Part shown: positions 34,581 to 45,899 of the stretch, one piece after another
How the letters are laid out: each line of letters begins with the position of its first letter
Position numbering within the stretch: the stretch's first letter is position 1
Origin: Balanoglossus misakiensis
Lineage: Eukaryota > Animalia > Hemichordata
Length of the DNA stretch: 64,000 nt
Reading direction: 5' to 3'
Assembly: GCA_040954595.2 (NCBI GenBank)
Contig: CM082595.2
Span: forward strand, 1,924,635 to 1,988,634
The notes under the pieces: model-generated
The model's database searches: none
The model's input: the letters and a program-made list of their open reading frames with translations, nothing else
Told to the model about the DNA's origin: nothing
Position numbers and translations under genes: made by a program

Positions 34581-37500
34581 ATGGGATCGAGGAGGTTCGT
34601 ACACTTGCAAAGCTTATGTTTTAGTGCACAAACAATTTGTTTCGGAGGAAATTTATCCCACAATGTCGTCTGTATCAGGAAAGTGGGTTAGGAACAGGAA
34701 GTGAGGAGCTTTGACAAATTCGTTGCCCTTTACTTCCTTGTCGCGTTCTTTCTGGATTATTCTATGCCACGCCAACTCTTTGATAGGATGCACTTGTAGA
34801 ATATCACACAAGGGCAATTTAGAACTACATTTTGTGCACAAATATACATTAAAAGCAAAAAATGTTAAAAGGAAGTGGATTGCTTGAAAAGACACCCTGT
34901 GATAACCGCCAGTAACCCAGTGACATCCGAGGTTGGCTCGTACCAGTCACCCCCACTTCAGATTCAGCTTGCTATCAGATCCTAACCCATAATCTCATAT
35001 AGTGTAGGGTAACATAAATTAAAATATGTTTTACTGTAAGTAGTTCATACATTGTAAATGCCACTACTACCACGATCTGCGTTGGCAGTATTTGTGTCCA
35101 TTTCCTGAGAATTCATGTCTATTCCATGATTCTTATGAGTGTAGATTTATACATCAATTTTTCTGCAATCAGCTGAGAAGAAATCCACATATGACCTCAT
35201 TAATAATATTCTCTTTAGTTTGTGTCGCATCATATACATTTTATCGTACCGTACAGTTTTTCGCAAACGTCAAATATCACCAGATATCACAATGAACTTG
35301 CCAAGGTGCGAAGTATATGTACCTGAAAATGGAAGTGTCAATGTAAAGCAGTGCAGATGGTGCTTTCTTCTTTTATGGTTTGTCTAGTTCTACCAATGGT
35401 GGCGCACTAACATACCTCTGCATAACCTGAGTGGTTGACTGTAAGCATGGCTTGTATTGGACAATAATGAGCACAGAAAACTGAAGAAAGTTGTTTTTAA
35501 AGTGTCCACAATGGGTGCCATCCATGGGTTAATAGGGTCTGTCTCGGAAGCGCTTATCTGTCTGGGTCATAACATGCTGTTCTCTTGGCTTCAACAGGTG
35601 GATACTTACATCAACAGGTGCAGTGCACACTTGCTCTGGGACATGGCTGATGATCTACCATTAGAAATCCACCTTTCACCTATTTGCATTTAAATCAAAC
35701 ATCAAAACTTTTCTTATAACATCTCTGATCACATTTTTCTGTGAACTTAGATGCTTTATAAGTAAATTATTATATAATATTACCATAATCCACTTAATAA
35801 TTTATTATCATTCAGTCCCTGTATTAAAGGAGGAATGTTGAATATTTTGATGTGACCACAAGATATCTTTACAATTATTTATTCAGTTGTTTTCTGTAGG
35901 ATTAAGAGAGCTAGACTCATTTTAAACATAAGCTTCTTTGCAGAGTATGCATAGCCTCGTGTCATGGTATACATGGCTTGAGTAATATAGTAATATAGGT
36001 TAAAGATAAAAAAAATCGTAATCCCTGTTGGGTGAAAGTTCAAACTAAATGGTGAAGTTGCTATTCTTTATTGCTGGCGACATGATGATAGAATGTTACC
36101 ACCACCAACATTGATATAAGTACATGTACACATGTATGTGCTTATCAAGCATATATGGTCTGCAGTATATCTATTCAGACTGGGAGCACGATGTCATTGA
36201 TGCTTTATTTTAAATTTCAGATGGTTCCATCCCAACATTTCTGGTTTGGAGGCAGAACAATTGCTTATTGAAAGAGCTTATGATGGCAGCTTTCTGGCAA
36301 GACCAAGTAAAAGTAATCCTGGCGATTTCACACTTTCTGTGAGGTAAACTTTAATATTTATAGTTCCTGTTACCATATGTATGTATAATCATGATATATA
36401 CAGCCATCCTTGTTTTAGAAAATGAAATCAATGCTAGATATTGAAATATTGATTATTGTTCACTGTTGGGTGATAGCCAATTTTCATTCCCTTCTAATGT
36501 ACTGGTGATTGGGTGATGATAATATAAGGCGTTTACATCTTGTTCTGACTCCAGGGTCTATGATGATAGTTTGATTGAGAACACCTGTTTTCCATTTGCT
36601 GTATGTACTTGCAGGCACCAATCATAGTAGACTCTAGAAAATTAATCTCTGTGCAATTACTTTTAAATTACCATAGATTACACTGGGCATGGTTTCGTTT
36701 TACAAAATTAAATTCCAAGAAGTCATTTATACGACCTTCAGGCGACATTTGTAGCGACGGTCTGGTCATTGACAGCAACCCAATGTGACTTTACAACAAA
36801 CTTTAGTATGTGTAGAGGTCTTTCTGTAATATTAAGCCCCAGTGGGATCTTGTCTTACCAGTGTGTGTATGCCTGTATCATCAATATCTGATCAGTTGAT
36901 CAGATTAACTTAAATTTGGTAGATAATTACTGTAAAAAACTAATTAAGTTTTTGTGAACGTGGATTGTATATTTATGATGTTATCATTCAGGATTTTTTC
37001 TAATTATGGTTGTCTGTAAAGAGCATTTTAGCGGTATAAGCACACACTGAATGACTGCATCAAATTTGGACAAAACCTACTAGGGAAAGAAGTCTCACAG
37101 GGTTATAACAGTACTCTGTATATCATATCAATATCTGCTTAGTTGCATATTTAATAAACATTTATAATTAACACAGTAAATCCAACAATATTCTTACAAC
37201 TAAAATGATGTCATGCTTAACATGGAACTGTATTCCTATTTACTTGATCTAGGCGTACTGGTGAAGTCACTCACATCAAAATTCAAAACACGGGAGATTT
37301 TTATGATTTATATGGAGGGGAAAAGTTTGCAACTTTGGCTGAGTTGGTTGAATATTATACTCAGAATCGAGGTCAATTGAAAGAGAAAAATGGTGAAATC
37401 ATTCCATTGCTGTATCCGCTCAACTCTGCAGATCCGACAACTGAAAGGTAAGAATTAAAACTTTGGATTTCATTTATCTTCTTAGTTCTGATTAGTGTGC

Positions 37501-40500
37501 ATCTATTCTGGGACGATTGAAAAGTTTCTGAAACATCTTGGCTCAAATACTGGCATAAATTATTATGTATGAACGGTAGAAGTGGCCCTGAACGTTTCAG
37601 ATTTAAGACCGCTTTGCCACTCTACTGGTATAAAAAGTTGGAGCTAGTTCTGTAGCTGTTATGTAATGTGAACCGTGTTTTCTTTCAGATGGTTCCATGG
37701 ACATATTTCTGGCAAAGCAGCCGAGAAATGTCTGCAAGACAAAGGAAAGAATGGAAGCTTTTTGGTTCGAGAAAGTCAGAGTAAACCAGGAGATTTTGTC
37801 TTATCTGTCCGTTGTGATGATAGAGCTACACACATTATGATACGATCACAAGTATGTTATTATTTTGTACTAAAAACAGAAATTTATCATTCTTCATAAC
37901 CTTGAGAAAATTATGCTACAATCTTTCCATCACAGACCTATGTTTCCTGTGATCGTCACTGATGACGCCTTATGTCACAAAAATTTTAACCCTTTCACCA
38001 CAATGGTTCAGTCCAAACCCATTGTTTTCTATGGTGTGGTTGGACCTCTAAAGAGGAAACTGGGGGTGAAAGGGTTAAAGGGATGTTAGCTGCAGCATAG
38101 GGAGTTAGTCAGGATACTGTAATTGATACACAGAACAAAATACTCAAAAACTATTATCAACTTTTCCTGGTGCTTTCGTCTCTTTCAAAATCGTATAAGA
38201 TTACACAAGCCAGAGGAAATGTGATAGAAATTTCTCTTGCATAAATTATTTATGTCCATACAAAATTTTCGTTTTATTTCAGGATGGTAAATATGATGTT
38301 GGTGGAGGCGAAAGATTCGATAGTCTCTCGGACTTAGTGGAACATTACAAGAAAAATCCCATGGTGGAAACATCTGGAGCAGTTGTTCATTTGAAACAGG
38401 TAAGCGTTGCAAAAAACACTCCCAAGAATCTCTTTATTTTCTTATAGTTAACTGGTGAAGTTTAGTATCTTCAGACATCTGTTTGGAATAAAAGTATTTG
38501 CACTGTGCCACAACCTTTGTTTCAATCCCCAACTTCGTAATCTCAGGCAAAATAATGAATAATAGACAATAAGTTTAATCTCCCTCCTATGACCTCATTC
38601 ATATTTTTTGTTCTAAACCGTGTTCAAAAGGTTAAAGAGTTTACTCATCTGGAAAGACAGTGGAGAAGTCGTTGCAATATGTTTGGGTTAAATAGAAAGA
38701 CTGTCCATTGAATTATTGATTTTCTTGCCTTGAGTGTAAGCATCCGTGGGATCTCTGCTTCACACATTATAATCGTATTGTGCCCATAGCAACCATAATC
38801 ACGCCTATGGCAGCAGTGCCGTACCCGTAGCAACAGCGAAACATCATTGGCATACCTTCTAGAAGTCTCCGTGTTAAACATGAATGTCTTTGCAGTATCA
38901 AGATTAGTTGATATGATCTGAACTTTCCAATGAATGTAAGTCATTCCATGTTACCTTTCAGCCATTCAATGCAACACGCATCAGTGCATCTGGAATTGAT
39001 ACCAGAGTCAAAGAATTATTGAAAACCAGTGAAAGTGATCAAGCTAATAAAGCAGGCTTCTGGGAAGAATTTGAGGTAAATAGATATTCAATTTTTTTTT
39101 TCTTTTGAATGTTATTATTAAATTGTTTTCTAATGATGGAGTATGTGTTGGACATTGGCCTATGGCACAATTGAATGTAGCGTTTCAGACAAATGGGAGC
39201 ACAGTGTCCTTGACGCTATTTTGTCTTATTTGATTTTGCTTTGCAGGCACTACAACAACAAGAATGCAAACACTTATTTAGTCGGAAAAATGGCCAGAAG
39301 CCAGAAAATAAAACTAAAAACAGATACAAGAACATCTTGCCATGTAAGTCGCCATCCTTCCATGCTGACTGATTTGTATCTTGATTGAGTTATTGGTCCA
39401 GGAGCTGACAAACCCGTTGTCTCTATTTTGTCATCTTGACCCAGATTTATCTGATGTCGTAATAATTCTGATGACTTTTCTTTTTTCAGTTGATCACACC
39501 AGGGTGATGTTAAAAGAAACTGAGACGGGAAATGACTACATCAACGCCAATTATATCAGACAAAATGTATGTATATCTAATTATTTATTTATAGAATTAC
39601 AGTTTTAACTTTCTTTTAGTTCAGTTGTAGACCAGTACAGCCATTTTTGTTCACCAGTGGAACATTACGCATCTCATGCTTCCATTACTATGAGCTATTT
39701 TGTTTTTATTCATTACTGATATCATGACCGGGATTTTGTTGTAGTTTGACACGGAAACTGAGACTCAGGAGGAAGAAGCAATGTACATTGCAACACAGGG
39801 ATGTCTACCACAGACTGTCAATGATTTGTGGAACATGATTTGGCAAGAAAATACAAGAGTCATTGTCATGACGACAAAGGAAATTGAAAGGGGAAAGGTG
39901 AGATTTCCTGATATTGTAGATTGTGGATTCAGTAGATTCTTTCTGAGCATGTGCAGTAAGTGACAGCATAGGATGGAGCTATTGAAGTCTATCTGTCTCG
40001 ATTTGTTTTCCAGTGACCGAACACAAAGAGATACTTTTATCTTCATTTCTGTACAGTACTTTAGCATCTCAAGTCTCTGATGTATTCCATATATACTCAT
40101 ATTTTGTAGAACAAATGCACTCGTTATTGGCCCAATGAGGGAGACAAGAAGGAATATGGTTCAGTGACAGTTCTGAATATCAGTGAAGTGGTAACTCAAG
40201 ATTATACATTGCGTGAGTTAGCAGTCACCAATCAGAAATTTGTAAGTATGCTCAGAAAACTAATAAAACTACTATGCTTTTCCACTACTATCTTGGAACT
40301 TTCTTGAACAAAATTAGTTATATACCTGATAGCTTATTATTGAATCAGATATAGTCTTGGAAGAATTCATTTGATCATTTCTGTGTCGCACATTGATAGC
40401 GATAAGGAAAGTCATTCCATGGTTATTGATTGTAACTTTCAGCCAAATGAAGAAGGCCGACCAACGTTCCATTTTCACTTCAAAGTTTGGCCCGATCATG

Positions 40501-41654
40501 GTGTACCTGCAGATCCAGGTGGTGTCCTCAACTTCCTTCATGAAGTCAATCATAAGCAGAGCTCTATGCCAGATGCTGGGCCTATAGTTGTCCACTGTAG
40601 GTAAGTACATTTTCATCACTTACCTAGGTAGCACAAACCTATTTTCATCACTTACCTAGGTGGCAAAAACCTATTTAAGGTAGCGAGAATTGAATACAAC
40701 CTGTTGATATGACTTATTTTATTTGCTTACAGTGCTGGTATTGGAAGAACAGGCACCTTCATTGTCATTGATATAATACTCAACCAGATCAAGGAAAAGG
40801 GTAAATTAATTTTTTTTTCATAATTTTCTTTGCCATTGTTGTGTAGTTATGTGTAGTGTAATGTTGCAGTATGTGACCTTGTTTTGTCAATGTTTGCTGA
40901 TGATTGATTGTTTGTGATTTTTTTAGGTTTTGATACTGAGATTGATATTCAGAAAACTATTCAGATGGTTCGATCACAGCGATCTGGTATGGTGCAGACA
41001 GAACCACAATATAAATTTGTTTACATGGCAGTACAGCATTACATAGATACTCTACAGCAAAGGCTTCAAGCTGAACAGGTAGGTCTCTGCTTGAGAAGAA
41101 GGGGACTACATGTTCCCGAAAGCTCATGCTGTAATTCCAACTGTTGATCAAAGAGTGCTACACAACTTTAATTCATAGTATTTTTTGGGTATCTATTACA
41201 ATTCTTTAATACTAGTGTAGTATAGCCAAACAATGTTTTGTGTCGTGCTTACAGAACAGTTTACGTGAGTACACTAACATCAAGAAGGCTGCTCAAGAGG
41301 TGGAAGGAGAAGACCCTCCGAAACTGACACCAATGAGTGTCAGCGCTACTCCACCCAACCGTGTAGTGCCCAAACCAGAATCACAACAACATTATCAAAA
41401 TGTTGGCCGACTCACGAAGCAGGTATTTCTCTGTCCTTCCTTCAGACATTATAGCTTTACTTACAACCGGTACACGCAATTCTCTCTACCTTAAATAGAT
41501 AATGCTACCTAGGTGAGTGATGAAAATCTCATATGGTCGACACAATTTCAAGATGGCCGACACAATTTCAAGATGGCCGATTTGTACTGATTGTCTTTCA
41601 TTTCCTTCTCTTCTCTTCCCTTAGAGTAAAGCCAAACCACCTTTGCCACAGTGA
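34581..41654 (+). CDS. PTPN11: SH2-domain tyrosine phosphatase SHP2/corkscrew (PTPN11/PTPN6 family)
   Basis: [13 protein letters not shown], two SH2 domains (FLARPS, FLVRES), [39 protein letters not shown], tail YTNI and YQNV motifs; last exon SKAKPPLPQ*. Confidence 0.97.
37986..38078. mobile_element. MITE family 1, intact copy
   Basis: TTAACCCTTTCACC...GGTGAAAGGGTTAA. Confidence 0.9.
40609..40692. repeat. 32-bp tandem duplication and left arm of an intronic inverted repeat
   Basis: ATTTTCATCACTTACCTAGGTRGCA twice, then CTATTTAAGGTAGCGAGAATTG; reverse complement present at 41477-41527. Confidence 0.9.
41477..41580. repeat. Right arm of the inverted repeat plus a 20-bp tandem repeat (probable TE remnant)
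   Basis: CAATTCTCTCTACCTTAAATAG..TGCTACCTAGGTGAGTGATGAAAAT, then ATGGYCGACACAATTTCAAG twice plus a partial third copy. Confidence 0.85.
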
Positions 41655-42367
41655 AAACTTACAGCTGGAAGAAAAATGAAATCGAGGATGCAACGGAGAT
41701 GGCAGCAGCCATGATATTTACATTTCAGCAGCAAATTTATAGTACATTGTATGTTGTGGACAAGACAAACCAGCTGGTACATATGCTGTGTTTAACGTCT
41801 GCAAGATCCAACTCGAGAATCAGTCTGTTACTATGACTACCGTATTATTAAGAACATCTGATCAGATCACTTTGGTAAAATTTTGTTTGGCTACAGAGAT
41901 GTATATTTTTGAGTTTTAGATGAAATAATCAGTATATCAGTACCTGTATGTGATTTCAGTATTATACCTATAGCTACTACAGATGTAAAACATAGTAATA
42001 TATGTAGGAATTTTATTTCTTGTCACTCATAATGCATAGCTTATTCTTGGACAAAGTACATTGTGTATTAATGCATTTTAACAGAACTTTTGTGTTGTAC
42101 AATGGAAGTGTGTGTATCGAAATGAAACAGAAAAATTGTGGACTCGTACATTAAGTTTTTTGACAATTAATTTACTTCATACAAGGGTGCTGTGAAGTTG
42201 ACAAGGAAACATCTAGTTTGCATGATATCCGAGTGTCATCTTTTTGGTGAAATATTTACATACAAATGGGCCTGCTGCAGAACTTGAATGATAATGGTCA
42301 CAGACTTTTGTTGACGAAGCACTAGAAGATGTAATATCATAGATAATAAGATTTATGTGCCAATTGA

Positions 42368-42460
42368 TTAACCCTTTCACCACCATGGTTCAGTCGATAT
42401 CCATTGTATTCTATGGCAAGGTTGGACCTTTAAAAAGGGAACTGGGGGTGAAAGAGTTAT
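42368..42460. mobile_element. MITE family 1 copy in probable PTPN11 3' UTR
   Basis: TTAACCCTTTCACCACCATGGTTCAGTC...GGAACTGGGGGTGAAAGAGTTA. Confidence 0.88.
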
Positions 42461-43144
42461 CAGTTATATTCTTGTAACACATTTTATCCAGTTTGAATGT
42501 GATAGAATAAGTCAAAGCACCTTTTTCTTCTCTGGTTTTGATTTAAAGCACTTAAATAGATAAATATGCATACTGTTAATTTTAGATTTGACTTTGAAAC
42601 CATACCAACAGTAAGAGATCAAAACAAAACACTTTTGTAGCACTGGTTTTGTGATCAAAACATTTTATGAACTCTTTTATGAACATGTGAGCTAATGTCA
42701 AAAGATAACAATGGCATTATACAGGGTGATCATGTAAAACATTGCTTCAGCAGATTTCTGCAGGTACTGTAATTGTTTGCAATTTTTCATGCACAGTGAT
42801 AATCATATGAAATTGTTGTGTCTTTTGCTCCATGTATGTACATGTGTGTGTATATGTGTATGTGGGTGTGTCAGTCTATGTTCCTGTGTTTGTGTGAATC
42901 AGACTGCAGCGCAAGTAGTGACCATGATTACATTAATTCGATTGATTGATTGATTGATTGCAATTCTCCAATTTTAGCCAAGGTCATGGCAGTTTAATTG
43001 TAATGAATTCAATTTGCCAAAGACTAGAATAAACTATCCAGTAGCTGAAAATTTAAAGACAGAATAAAATGTATTTCTTCATTCTTGGCAAAAATATTAC
43101 ATTTTATTTCTCATAATTTCCTTTGTAGTGTATTCCAACTTGAT

Positions 43145-44296
43145 TCAGAGCGACGAAACATACGAGATGATGATTTCCTTGGAGCCATTTGCAAGTGTGC
43201 GGGTGTTCACCCCTTCTTTAAGTTGGCATTGACTTCTTTTGGTTAATAAAGTTAACCTATGGGAGAGCTCGTTATCCGCTTTTCCAAATTTCATACAAGC
43301 ACAGTACGTTTTGCAAAATGCTCTTCTATACTTCGCATTGGTTAAATTATAGATCAGCGGATTATTTGAGCTATTTAACATCAAAATGATTAAAAACCAA
43401 AGATGAAAACAAATGAATTGACTCAGTCCATGTACGTAAACTTGATATTGAGCTAAAAGCCAAGCTAACTGAAATAAAGAACGCGGAAAAACGCAAAGAA
43501 AGTGCATGATTGCTGTTATTACACATAATCGTGCGATTTGATGTCTGCCTTTCATGGTATTGTTGGCAGCAGTGAAAGTCTTCTCTGTTCGTCGCAGTTC
43601 TTGACAAACTAGACTATACATAGTACATACTAAGATGGCAGACAAGAGAAACAGGATAAGTCCGGCCAAATTGATGATTGTTTCACGATAACTGGTCTCT
43701 TGGTTGGAATAAACATCAGGGAATATACACTCCATCTGAAGGCAAAGTCCCAGTGCCAACGATACAATCCATATACAAAAGAGCATGAGAAAAATTCGAG
43801 ATCGACCGTTCAGTTTCTTCTGTCGGTGGGTTAGTGGTTGGCAGATTGCTAAGTATCTCTCAAAACTGATGGTGTTGATGGTTAACAATGAATTCGTATA
43901 GGTGGTCCCAGTCAGCACGTAACGAAAGCAAGCGACGTGAGCTGAGTTGTAGAAAAAGTTCGTCGCTTTTGTAGTGTCAATTACTTCGACAACGAAAGCC
44001 AGTGTATGCATCACAAGGTAGAGCACATCCGAGATAGACAGGTTCACCAGCAAAACTGTTATGGCATTACGAAGAGACGGCACCCTATACACGACAATGA
44101 TGAAGGAAGTATTTGAAACAATTCCATAGCAACCGATTGCAATCGCCAAAACTGGGACGTAAGATCCTGTGACGAGAAACAGAACAGGTCCGCAGAATTC
44201 ATTCCAAGATGTAATATTGCTAACACCGTAGCTATATGAATAATTATATTCCTGGTACATGTAATCCGAAAAGGCAGGTACTTCGGGATTCGCCAT
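43145..44296 (-). CDS. Intronless rhodopsin-family (class A) GPCR, orphan, peptide-receptor-like
   Basis: 383-aa ORF with seven hydrophobic segments, NLSISD (TM2), ISFERYLAICQPL (TM3), NSSNNPLIY (TM7) and N-terminal N-glycosylation sequons. Confidence 0.93.
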   Translation of the reverse strand: MANPEVPAFSDYMYQEYNYSYSYGVSNITSWNEFCGPVLFLVTGSYVPVLAIAIGCYGIVSNTSFIIVVYRVPSLRNAITVLLVNLSISDVLYLVMHTLAFVVEVIDTTKATNFFYNSAHVACFRYVLTGTTYTNSLLTINTISFERYLAICQPLTHRQKKLNGRSRIFLMLFCIWIVSLALGLCLQMECIFPDVYSNQETSYRETIINLAGLILFLLSAILVCTMYSLVCQELRRTEKTFTAANNTMKGRHQIARLCVITAIMHFLCVFPRSLFQLAWLLAQYQVYVHGLSQFICFHLWFLIILMLNSSNNPLIYNLTNAKYRRAFCKTYCACMKFGKADNELSHRLTLLTKRSQCQLKEGVNTRTLANGSKEIIISYVSSL

Positions 44297-44760
44297 TTAG
44301 AGAGAATATTCGAATGTCACGGTATCCCTAAATATAGATTCACTCCCAAACTTGAGCTGCTGATGTTTCGATTATTGCCTCATCTGTAGGTAGGCCTAAA
44401 GGTCTGCTTCAACATATGGGAGTTGTATTCAATTGCATTTGATTATTAAAAGCTCATAAGAATAGTTTACTATAAGGATTGTCATTTGTGTTCTCTTGGA
44501 GTAAACCATTATTTCTGGGGAAGATGGAATATTTTAGAATAAAAGTGTTTCTAAATCTTACAACTGGTTCATAAAAATTACAACTCTTACGCGTTACCAA
44601 CTCTAACGACCAAAGAATTGTGTTCTTTTGTTTTTAAGCGACACGGCAATCGTGCTACTGTCACGCGTAACGTTCTCGCGAAGTTTGACGTGATTTTAAC
44701 GTGAAGACAGTGTCGATTGAACTGCGCATGTCAAAATTTCATGCATAATTCTGTTGTGTA

Positions 44761-44773
44761 GTCTCATGGAGAC
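44761..44773. promoter_or_regulatory. X-box-like palindrome at the probable CEP104 promoter
   Basis: GTCTCATGGAGAC in a CpG-richer region, near TCTCGCGAA (about 44675) and upstream of a donor at 44885; CEP104 is ciliary. Confidence 0.45.
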
Positions 44774-45899
44774 GCTATTCATGTCGTGGGACTGGAATAA
44801 CTTCAAATTATCCTGAAGGTTGTAATGCCTATTGTAATTTTTTTAGTGGTTTCACTTCCCTGTACATGTATGTAGCTTATCAAGGTATCTATTTGTCATT
44901 TTTGCTGTACAGCGTTCCCAGTATTTACAACCAAAACAGCCTGAGTAGGACAAGCATAACAAACCAGGCTCATGATGGCTGGCATTTTATCGTATATATC
45001 GTAACAGTAAACGGTTAACCCGTTGACCAGACATGGACCAGCAATAGAAGACACATTTGATATTGATTTTTTCTAATTCAAGGTTTATATAATTGAAGAG
45101 CATGCTAACTTTGTTCTTGTAAGATGAATTCGAACCTCGAAATGATAGACGATACCTGGGCCCATATATTGTATGCGGAAGTAAACACCTGATCTTGACA
45201 TTATATATGACAGATATGTTTTTATAGCGAAGAATCTAACGGTTTATATACTTAGTTGGATAAATTAGGGGAGTTGAAGATAAAAACGGCTTTACTGTGT
45301 GATTTTTGTGGGTGCTGTAATACAATTATTGCCAGGGAGGAACAAGTATCGACTGAATGACTTGTCGAATCGTGTTCAGACAGATGTTTGCTGCGAACAA
45401 ATATCGTCAACCTTTTAGTAGCAGCACCCACTACAATCACAGTCATTGGTGTTGAACCCTAACAAAAGTGTAATGAAAGAGTTGACAACAATTATGTCAT
45501 TTGTTTTCTCTAAGCAAAGAATGTGTAAACCAGTTAACACATAGTCACAGCACACCACATCTGTGTAGTGACTGTGTGTAAACTGGTCCATTCATGATTC
45601 TACCTCTTCATTATCTGGCTTTATAGCTGTGGAAACACACATATTGAGGTGGTTTAGTCTCTGCCGGTTTCCCCCCACCAATAACCAGCAGAGAGACCCC
45701 CCCCCCCATAGCTGTGTCTCTCCTAACACTCTGTACGAAATTGACATGTTTATTTTATGAGAAAATTTCATGTCAGTTTCAATGATTTTAGGGCCTTTAA
45801 ATCGATAGCGTATGATCTGTATGAAGTTTGACTTTTGGTCCTCCACCCAACGATGACTTCATTGATGAAATTTTCTTTTCTTTTCTTTTCTTTTAGAAG

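Noticed and set aside
36512-36580. C/D'/C'-like motifs in a PTPN11 intron
   Set aside because: No canonical terminal CTGA D box or closing stem.
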